Assembly: GCA_963837175.1 (NCBI GenBank)
Contig: CAWIMJ010000053.1
Coordinates: 1 to 24,935, forward strand
Direction: 5' to 3'
Length of the DNA: 24,935 nt
From: an uncultured Nitrososphaeraceae archaeon
Lineage (GTDB): Archaea > Thermoproteota > Nitrososphaeria > Nitrososphaerales > Nitrososphaeraceae
The notes under the pieces were generated by a model. That model saw only the letters and a program-made list of their open reading frames with translations. It made no database searches and was not told the DNA's origin. A program made the position numbers and the translations under genes. The stretch's first letter is position 1, and each line of letters begins with the position of its first letter. Below, one piece after another: positions 1 to 8,075 of this stretch.

Positions 1-351
1 ATCTACCAATAATCACGTCTTCTCCTTTCAAGCGACGATTATGATGACCACTCAAACATTGGTCACATATTAAGCAAGAGCGACTCGCCAACCCACTCCC
101 ACATATCGTCCGACTTCAAGATGGCTTACATTATCTCCAATTGCAGATATCTTGCCAACAATTTCATGTCCAGGTACTATTGGATACCGTGTGAAGCCCC
201 ATTCATTTTTGAGCATATGTAAATCACTGTGACATATACCACAATACTCGACATCAATCTCTACTTCATCTGGTTTCAAAGAACCTAATTCATATTCAAA
301 CAGTTCAAGATTTCCGTCTGAGTTATGAGCTGCATAAGCCTGAATTGTCAT
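1..351 (-). CDS. Zn-dependent NAD(P)H alcohol dehydrogenase/aldehyde reductase (cinnamyl-ADH/Ahr-like); frameshifted near 84 and running off the window edge
   Basis: ORF 70..351 has YCGICHSDLH and PIVPGHEIVG (catalytic Zn motifs). After VGVGWR the protein continues in another frame as RSCLICDQCLSGHHNRRLKGEDVIIGR (structural-Zn lobe) to the window start. The fourth structural Cys position reads CGC (Arg, 32-34). Confidence 0.88.
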
Positions 352-443
352 AACTATATACTGTCTCTGTCTATATAAAAAATTAATTGTACCACAGTCA
401 ATCTAAATTTTTCTGTGTCATTGAATTCATCTACATCCTTTTT

Positions 444-758
444 GCTGCATACAATGATAGAAGGAACTTCAACCTGTTAGATGAGTTGAATATTGATTTA
501 GCGACAGGATTAGGAAGAATGCAATTACAATCGCAAGAGGGTCTCCATTAAGGAGAAAGAGCTAATGATTATTAAAAAATGTGGTTATGAAGGATGGAAA
601 TATCTAAAAGATGCAGGAAAGAGGGGGATTGCGGAAATTGTATTTTCTTCAATCAAAAGAGTAGTAGGGAGAAGATTTTCTTTCAATCAAATTTGATGCA
701 CAAAAAGGTAGAATCAGGATTGAAAGTAGTGCTTTACAACAAATTCATCAACTTATAA
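444..758 (+). pseudogene. IS5-family (ISH1-like) transposase C-terminal remnant
   Basis: Manual multi-frame translation gives AYNDRRNFNLLDELNI / IRKNAITIARGSPLRR / ELMIIKKCGYEGWKYLKDAGKRGIAEIVFSSIKRVVG / VESGLKVVLYNKFINL*. This is the typical archaeal IS5 DDE C-terminus (R-x3-E-x2-FSSIKR), with several frameshifts and no N-terminal half. Confidence 0.75.
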
Positions 759-910
759 TTAACAGATAAATAAAGACAAAACGAAGTGTCAAAGCTTCTC
801 ACATAGAATTAAGCTACAGAATAGGTAGTACGTTAATGAAATTATTCATGACAATTTAAAGGCAGTGTATGCTTAATATATTTTAATGTGCATTGTAGTT
901 TACTTTCATT

Positions 911-2403
911 ATGATTTTAAAGGAAGAAGAAATTAATAATAATATTTATTTCTTTTCCGCAAGAAAACTAATACGAAAAGCTATACCAATATCATTAGCT
1001 CTTTTCATAATGTCCAATTTATTAATGCCCAGTACTGTTGCATTGGCAGCAACATCAACCGGTAGTAGTAATACTACTTTTGGTGCGGATAGCAACAATA
1101 ATAATGATAACATACAAAAACAACAGTCTCAAACACAACCAAAAACCCATGAATATACCCTAATAGCACGAGATACAACATTGCAAATTGCTCCAGGAGT
1201 GCGTGTCGATGCCTGGACTTATAATGGTACTATTCCTGGTCCTACTTTAACAGCAACAGAAGGTGATAGAGTTATAGTACATTTCATTAACAAAACACCC
1301 CTTCCACATACAGTTCATTTACATGGAGACCATCCTAGCGAACAAGACGGTGTATTTGAACAAGTGGCGGCAAATGGAACATATACTTATGATATCATTG
1401 CAAAGCCAGCTGGTGCAATAATGTACCATTGTCATGTCTCTCCAGTAATGCAGCATGTAAGAATGGGCTTGTATGGCGCATTTATAGTATATCCTAAAGA
1501 ACCTTTGCCTCCAGCAAGAGAATATGTTCTTGTTGATGGAGAATACGATACACAAAACCAACTAAATCCATTACCGGAATATTACATGTTCAATGGTTAT
1601 ACAGAACAATACTTTATGCATCCTCTTCCTGCAAGAACCAATGAGACCGTTAGAATTTACCTCATAAATTTAGGTCTTTCTCCAGCATATGGTATGCATA
1701 TTCATGGAACATTGTTTAAAGCATATACTTCAGGCATATGGGCGAATTCTCCATTTATGGTACAGTCATGGGAAGTAGGATCAGGTAATGTGCTATATTG
1801 GAGGCGAAATGGCCTTGGCCAGGTAAATTCACATTCCATTTCCATGGGATACCTGAAGAAAGAGGAGCAATGGGATACTTTAATGTGACAAACCCTGCTG
1901 TAGATGCGATAGACGGAAAGGATGTAGCCATTACAAAATCTATAAGTATGGTAGACTGGCAAACCAATTTGACAAAGGCTCTACAGAAAGAAAATCCAAA
2001 TGGAAATGTGACTACAACAAATATTACTGGAGCTCCACATAATAATGGAATGAATGAAATGGTAGAACACCTACAACAAGAACCCTCTTCTTCTGACACA
2101 AACAAAGTCTCAATAGTAAAGGGAGCAACTACTCTTGGCGATAAAGCGTATTTGCCAAATCTAGTCAGGATTGAAGTTGGAAGTACTGTTGTATGGACTA
2201 ACAATGACAATAATTTGCATACTGTTACATCAGGTACACCTAATACCGCAAACGTAGGAGAAGCATTTGATTCAGGATTAACAGCACTTATAACTCCAGC
2301 TAAAACATTTTCACATAAATTTACAAATACAGGTGAGTTTGCATATTTTTGTAGGGTGCATCCTACAATGGTAGGAAAGATTATTGTTGCACCTGACCAT
2401 TAG
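911..2403 (+). CDS. Secreted two-domain multicopper oxidase fused to a C-terminal plastocyanin-like cupredoxin; split by a 1-nt frameshift at about 1790 (ORFs 911..1888 and 1798..2403)
   Basis: Hydrophobic N-terminal leader, then WTYNGTIPGPTL, HTVHLHG, YHCHVSPVMQHVRMGLYG and GMHIHG. After the shift come AILEAKWPWPGKFTFHFHG and then HTVTSG...FDSG...YFCRVHPTM. Confidence 0.88.
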
Positions 2404-2465
2404 AAGGAATACTTATCCATTTTTCTCTTCTTTTTAGTTGTTAGAAAATCTATTGAAAGGAGTTA

Positions 2466-2580
2466 ACCTCTGGAAATACCGATACGCGGGCCTAGTGGAG
2501 AATTTGATTCAGGAATAATTATGAGAGGTGGTTTTTCACTTATAATTTTTAACAAAATAGGAACCTTTGATAAAGAATGA
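2466..2580 (+). pseudogene. Cupredoxin gene fragment
   Basis: Reads TSGNTDT / GPSGEFDSGIIMRGGFSLIIFNKIGTFDKE*, matching the TSG...FDSG...F-x3-G-x-F segment of the three cupredoxin domains in this window. It has no start and no C-terminal CxxH. Confidence 0.6.
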
Positions 2581-2599
2581 TTCTATAGAGTAAGATTAT

Positions 2600-3653
2600 A
2601 AACCTCTTGCATAATTGAAAGCTTAGGACTATATTCTCCATTCCTCTGCATCCATTTGATGCTTTGTTGATGTCTTATACCAGACTGTCAAAGAAACCCC
2701 GATTATTTAGATTGTTTACTGGATTGGAGATATTCGAATTTGATACGATTTGTAGGGAAATAGAATTAAGGTATCAAGAATATGAGAAAAAGCGTCTATC
2801 AAAAAAAAGAAGGATCAGAAACATAGGTGCAGGTAGACCATTCGACTTGAAGGTAAGAGACAGATTCGTCATGCTCCTAGTTTACTACAAGCTGTACATA
2901 ACATACACACTTTCAGGATTTCTTTTTAATTTAGACCAGAGCAATGTCTGCAGAGATATATCGATTCTAGAACCACTTATCGAAAGGTGTATTCCATTGC
3001 CAAAGAAACTATACAGACGGACTAGGAGGCTTAGAACCATCGGAGAAGTAGAAGAATATTTTCCAGGTTTTAAAGCCTTTGTGGATTCAACAGAGCAGGA
3101 GATACCAAGACCAAAGAACAAAAAGAAAAGAAAGAACTACTACTCAGGTAAAAAGAAGAAACACACAGTCAAGAATCAATATATGGTAAACAATCAGGGT
3201 TTGATATTACATAAAACAAGACATGAAAAAGGAAAGAAACATGATTATGGTGTTTACAAACATAGTCATCCTGTTACTCCATCACAAGTTGAAAGTGTTG
3301 TTGTTGATCTAGGCTATCTTGGAATTCAAAAAGACTTTCCTACTGTAAAGTCTGTTCTGCCATACAGAAAGAAAAGGAAGAGTGAACTGTCCATGGAGGA
3401 AAGAAGATATAATAAAAAACATGCCAAACTCAGGATTGTAGTTGAACATACAATATGCAGAATCAAGAAATTTGGGATAATAGGTTCCAAATTTAGAAAC
3501 AGGCTACGACGTTACGACGTCATATCAAACATAGTCTCAGGTCTAATTAACTTCAGGATAATGCGATCCAATGGAATCAGCGTTTAGAGATTAATCGCAT
3601 GTGTAGGATGGACAGGATACGATATTGATGTCATCTAATTACGCAAGAGATTT
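2600..3653 (+). mobile_element. IS5-family (ISL2-like) insertion sequence, about 1054 bp
   Basis: Imperfect terminal inverted repeats AAACCTCTTGCATAATT (2600-2616) and AATTACGCAAGAGATTT (3637-3653), 15/17 matching. They are flanked by TAT on both sides (2597-2599, 3654-3656; candidate target duplication) and enclose a transposase. Confidence 0.85.
2664..3587 (+). CDS. Transposase (HTH_Tnp_4 + DDE_Tnp_4 type)
   Basis: LFRLFTGL, GAGRPFDL, FVDSTEQEIPRP, YSGKKKKHTVK, DLGYLGI and RIVVEHTICRIKKF provide the DDE triad; the frame is uninterrupted. Confidence 0.92.
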   Translation: MLMSYTRLSKKPRLFRLFTGLEIFEFDTICREIELRYQEYEKKRLSKKRRIRNIGAGRPFDLKVRDRFVMLLVYYKLYITYTLSGFLFNLDQSNVCRDISILEPLIERCIPLPKKLYRRTRRLRTIGEVEEYFPGFKAFVDSTEQEIPRPKNKKKRKNYYSGKKKKHTVKNQYMVNNQGLILHKTRHEKGKKHDYGVYKHSHPVTPSQVESVVVDLGYLGIQKDFPTVKSVLPYRKKRKSELSMEERRYNKKHAKLRIVVEHTICRIKKFGIIGSKFRNRLRRYDVISNIVSGLINFRIMRSNGISV

Positions 3654-3854
3654 TATCTCTAACATATTCTTTCCATATTTTCCTGATATTGAATTAACAT
3701 CTTGTGCTAAATAATATCCTATATCTTCTCATAGAAGTATATTCTAATTCTAATCTCTTACATGGTTCTCTAATCTATAGTATAGGCACATGCTATTATT
3801 GCATCATCATCCTCCATCCATTCTTTATTGTCTGTTTAAAATTATCTTCACCAG

Positions 3855-4364
3855 TCAATGTACAATGACTTTTGCTATCATGTTAGGATGAATTTGGCAG
3901 AAGTAGGGAAATTCTCCTTTAGAAGTAAACTTGTGTTCAAAGCTTTCATTTGCATCCATAGATCCTGAGTCAAATTCCATTCCTGCGTTCTCAGCATCCA
4001 CAGTACCTGATGTAACAGTATGCGTAATGGGAATGTTATCATCATTTTTCCATATGATGGTATCTCCAATGTGGATATTAACTGGATTTGGCTGATATGA
4101 TTTATCATCAAGAGCAGAAGCGTCAGGCACAATTGAAACATTTTGAGCTTTTGCTGTTGACCTGGCTGCATATGTCATATTAGTGGTATTTGTTATACTA
4201 TTCGCTGTAACATTGTTTGCGTGACTCATTTGTTGTGCTGTTGCTAACTGATTAGTATATTGGAGCAGCAATAACGCAACTGTCACTGCTATTGTAAGAA
4301 GAAGTACTACAACAAAAATGATGTTTTTACTTGTGGTTAAAGTTTCTCCATTATTGTAATTCAT
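3855..4364 (-). CDS. Secreted or membrane-anchored plastocyanin/azurin-like blue copper protein
   Basis: N-terminal TM/signal segment; YQPNPVNIHIGDTIIWKN, HTVTSG, FDSG and YFCQIHPNM give a complete His-Cys-His-Met type 1 site. Confidence 0.92.
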   Translation of the reverse strand: MNYNNGETLTTSKNIIFVVVLLLTIAVTVALLLLQYTNQLATAQQMSHANNVTANSITNTTNMTYAARSTAKAQNVSIVPDASALDDKSYQPNPVNIHIGDTIIWKNDDNIPITHTVTSGTVDAENAGMEFDSGSMDANESFEHKFTSKGEFPYFCQIHPNMIAKVIVH

Positions 4365-4795
4365 GAGAAATAGAAAACAGTTAAGTGAATATTAAGATAT
4401 ACAAATTCCATTTATAGAAATCCATGAGAAGATTTTGGTAATGCTAATTTATTTTCCAAGGAACTTCTGCAAACAGGCCATCTTGAAGATGAAGTAAACC
4501 AACTGAGGACTCAAAAGCAATGGCAATTGGAGTTAATAATAATATAATTATTAGAACATCAGAAAAGGGTGCGAAAATCATTCGATTACTATTCATTGAT
4601 AATATGATACTACACTCTTTGCTATATTATCTATATACCTGAATATATGCAACAACTAGTATCATCTTCACGTGACGATTCAAGGTGCTAGCAAAGTAGC
4701 AGATGAAAAAATAAAGAATGGCAAAGTTTGAATATTTAGTTGTGTAGTACAATACCTGCAAAACAAAAATGAAGACCATAAGTAAAGAATAGAAT

Positions 4796-5089
4796 ATGAA
4801 AAAAAGATACAATAGAACGAAAACAATAACCTGCCCGCGCTGTGCCTCCTTAAAGTTTGAAACAATAATAATAACAACAGATACCAAAAAGAAGAGCTTA
4901 TACAAGTGTGCAAATATTATATGTTCAAATGTATGGAGACATGATGATACTAAAAAACCAACATGTCACAAATGTGGTGGCTATGAATTCAGAGTCATAA
5001 TGTATGATAAAAAAGATATCTTTCATACTGTGATAAGACATATCTGTCTGAACTATCACTGTGCTCATGTCTGGAATGAGCTGGTATGA
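4796..5089 (+). CDS. Small tandem double zinc-ribbon protein
   Basis: Two similar halves: CPRC...YKCANIICSNVW and CHKC...HICLNYHCAHVW. Eight regularly spaced Cys and a basic N-terminus. Confidence 0.7.
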   Translation: MKKRYNRTKTITCPRCASLKFETIIITTDTKKKSLYKCANIICSNVWRHDDTKKPTCHKCGGYEFRVIMYDKKDIFHTVIRHICLNYHCAHVWNELV

Positions 5090-5186
5090 TTATGAAGAAG
5101 GTACAAACTACTCTATTAAAAAGCATTTTGTTCATTATCTTTAATAGATTCTTATGTCTTTCCTAATATTTTGGATATTATCATAA

Positions 5187-5616
5187 TTAGTGAACTATCA
5201 TCACAGGATATTTTGCAATTTCAGAAACTCTTCTTGCTACACTTAAGTGCTCATTTTTGATGAGATACATTCCAACTCTGGCTAACCAATATAGTCAAAT
5301 CTGTGCAGCAGGAAAGATTCACTAACTATAAACACCTTTGTAGTAGCTTTTATCTTCTCATTAGGCTAGTTCCCTGACAATTCTCTCTTGTGTCATTTCC
5401 ATCCATCTTCTTCTAATCTTTTTGCAATACTTTTTGTCTGTGCAATCCATGTTTTGTCAATGTCTAGAAGTGGAGCACTTTGAATAGGAAATATCATCTA
5501 TAACATACAGTAATAATATCTCAGCATTAAATGCTCTTGCAAATTCTTTAGTACTCTCAAGTACCCTATCGCAGATCCCTGTCCATCACGTGCAGTAATA
5601 TTTTAGTTATTGTCAT
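5187..5616 (-). pseudogene. Universal stress protein (UspA family) pseudogene
   Basis: Reverse-strand translation gives MTITKIL..DG..DRVLESTKEFARAFNAEILLLYVIDD at the start and SVARRVSEIAKYPVMIVH* at the end (canonical USP C-terminus). Multiple frameshifts and stops lie between. Confidence 0.8.
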
Positions 5617-5842
5617 ATATTCTTGCAAAAATTAGTAATCATATTATAGGTTAGTAGTTTATTATTACGTATTTCTGATTCAATTTGAAATAGCTCTGCG
5701 AACTTGATTTCCATAATTTTTACTGTTCTAGCACGCATTGGAAGGACTGTTTGGATCATTTACAATAGAATTTATCATGCTTTGCAATGCACTGTGTTCT
5801 CAGCTGTTAAAAGCGATCTGATTGTAATAACGATGATAAAAA

Positions 5843-6959
5843 TTGGATCTTGCACAGACTTGGGTGCCATATAGTTTGGATGATTCCGTTATCGATGTAT
5901 TTCCTGAAATATTTGAGCGTCCATTTTTATTTGTTTATTCTAATACAAAACTGATTGAATTATCCACTTATCTTGCGATAGGACCACAGATTTATGCAGA
6001 TGGAATGTTGGTTTTTCAGGCAGCAAAAAGAAGGTGAAAATCAACAAAAAGTGGGAGGAGGTGCGATGATAGACAGACGAAAAGTCATAGGACGAATAAG
6101 TGGAAAGGACATAATATGTCATATAATAAAAAGCGATTTTTCACCTTATCCGGACCCTCTATACGCAAAGACAGCATCTGAAATAATGGATGTTATAACT
6201 AATAATGAAATAATAAAAAAAGGACTCGTCATTGAGACGAGTAATAGAGGTATTTAAAGAAACAAGATTTGCTTTTGTTCCTATAATAGGAACACAACTA
6301 CTTAAAGGTAACAAATTTCCTATTGATAATAACCAAGAGGCAGAAGAAGTAACAGGAGCACTTTCCATAAGGGAATTTTTATCATTATTTACAGGAGCGC
6401 ATAGAAATAATAGTAATATCAATAATAATATTGATACTCAAGAAAAGATATCTATACCAGTTAAAGAGATCTCTTCTAATTTAGTATCAGTTAGCAAATA
6501 TGATAGTATAAAAGATGCAATAGATATAATGATAAACAGAGGTATAAGGAATATAGGAATCAAGAACCAAAATTCTGACCTTGTTGGTGTTATAAATGAC
6601 AGGAATATAATTGAATTTCTCTTAAGTCCTAGATGGAGATTAAAGGAAATTATTGATAGTATAGAGCATAATGGTGAGACAAGAAATAATGAAAGTACTC
6701 AAATTAATATTAAAGAAGTTATTGCTGATAGTAATAATAGTAATGACAATAGTGGTCACGTTCCAAGTATAAACAGCATCATAAGCAATTTGCGCATTAT
6801 TCCAATATCAGAAGTAAAAATTGAAGAGAATACTACAATAAGCAAAGTGCAGAGTTATTAATGGATATTCATAATCCATTCTTGGTTTTACAAAGAGAGA
6901 ACGCAATAGTGACTCCTTGGGATATAGTTATGAAAACAATAGATTTTAGTAATAAGTAA
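5843..6959 (+). CDS. Multi-CBS-domain protein split by three 1-nt frameshifts (about 6012-6016, 6215-6221, 6847)
   Basis: ORFs 5843..6037, 5994..6257 and 6232..6861 plus a tail AELLMDIHNPFLVLQRENAIVTPWDIVMKTIDFSNK* ending at 6959 join into one protein. CBS motifs include VIGRISGKDII, KTASEIMD, DSSLRRVIEVFKETRFAFVPI and VSVSKYDSIKDAIDIMINRGIRNI...LVGVINDRNII. Confidence 0.78.
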
Positions 6960-6975
6960 GAGAGAGGTAGGTAGG

Positions 6976-8023
6976 GTGGCATATAATAATAATAATAAAT
7001 AGTTCCAGTAGATCTATATTAGCTCTGACTTTAGTTTTCTCCATTATTGTAATTGTTATTACTCTTGTTAATAATGATAATTATTCCTTTCCTTTTGCTC
7101 CTTTTTCATATGCACAAGAGCAAGAAGATCAATATCAAAAGGAACAACTACAACAGCATTCCTTTCTTAGCAAATGGGATTCTGTAGGTAGTGGAGATGG
7201 TCAATTAAAAAGTCCGCACAGTATTGACGTTGATTTGTTTGGTTATGTATATGTAGCTGACTCAGGAAATAATCGTATCCAGAAATTCACAGCTGATGGT
7301 AAGTTTATAACAAAATGGGGAACTAAAGGAGCCGAAAATGGTCAATTCAATGGATTACATGATGTTGGTGTAGATCCATCAGGAAAGTTTGTTTATACCG
7401 TAGAATTGGGTAATCATCGCATCCAGAAATTCACAGCAGATGGTAAGTTTATAACAAAATGGGGATATGAGCAAACTGGCGGTCGTGGAGCTCTACGTAA
7501 TCCTCACCAGATAGCTGCAGATTCATCTGGTAATCTTTATCTTCCTGATAAAGGTGGCTCTGAGTTACTCAAGTTCGACAGCAATGGCAAATTAGTTACA
7601 AAATGGGGTTCTGAGGGCGCAGGCAACGGCCAATTCAAGACTCCTCATGGAGTAGCTATTGACTCTAAAAATAATATCTACATAACAGATATGGATAATT
7701 TCCGTGTCCAAAAGTTTGACAGTAAAGGAAACTTTATAACAAAATGGGGAGCTGAAGGCTTGGGAGATGGGCAATTTTCAAAAGTTACACCTGGTATTGA
7801 TGTTGATTATTCCTCTGATTATGTATATGTAATTGATAAAGAAAATGCACTAGTTCAAAAATTTACTACTGATGGTAAGTTTATAACAAAATGGGGAGCT
7901 GAAGGCTTGGGAGATGGGCAGTTTAAAAAGCCAGAAGATATTGCTGTCAATTCAAAAACAGGGAACGTGTATGTAACTGATACTGGAAATTCACGTATAC
8001 AAGTTTTTAGTATTATGAAATAA
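6976..8023 (+). CDS. Secreted NHL-repeat six-bladed beta-propeller protein (annotated ORF 7235..8023 is N-truncated)
   Basis: Repeats YVADSGNNRIQKF, KWG..G..GQF..P.GVAID and YVTDTGNSRIQVF. The frame stays open upstream to 6971 through SILALTLVFSIIVIVITLV...SYAQ (signal peptide) and a first blade. The likely start is GTG at 6976, which needs removal of one A at about 6997-6999. Confidence 0.85.
7733..7920 (+). repeat. Exact 41-bp direct repeat (7733-7773 and 7880-7920) inside the NHL gene
   Basis: TTTATAACAAAATGGGGAGCTGAAGGCTTGGGAGATGGGCA occurs twice, 147 bp apart. GATGGTAAGTTTATAACAAAATGGGG also recurs at about 7295, 7439 and 7871. Confidence 0.9.
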
Positions 8024-8075
8024 GGATATATCTTTGTAATTCTAATCTGAAATTGAGACCAATACGACGACTACA

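Noticed and set aside
410-822. Terminal inverted repeats for the IS5 remnant (TTCTGTGTCATTGAATTC versus GAATTAAGCTACAGAA)
   Set aside because: The match needs gaps and mismatches, too weak to define element ends.
911-2403. nirK (copper nitrite reductase)
   Set aside because: It has four HxH motifs including HCH, indicating a trinuclear-cluster oxidase rather than the NirK type 2 site.
5535-5633. TCTTGCAAA motifs resembling the IS terminal repeat
   Set aside because: Short, in the same orientation, and one lies inside USP coding sequence; chance matches in AT-rich DNA.
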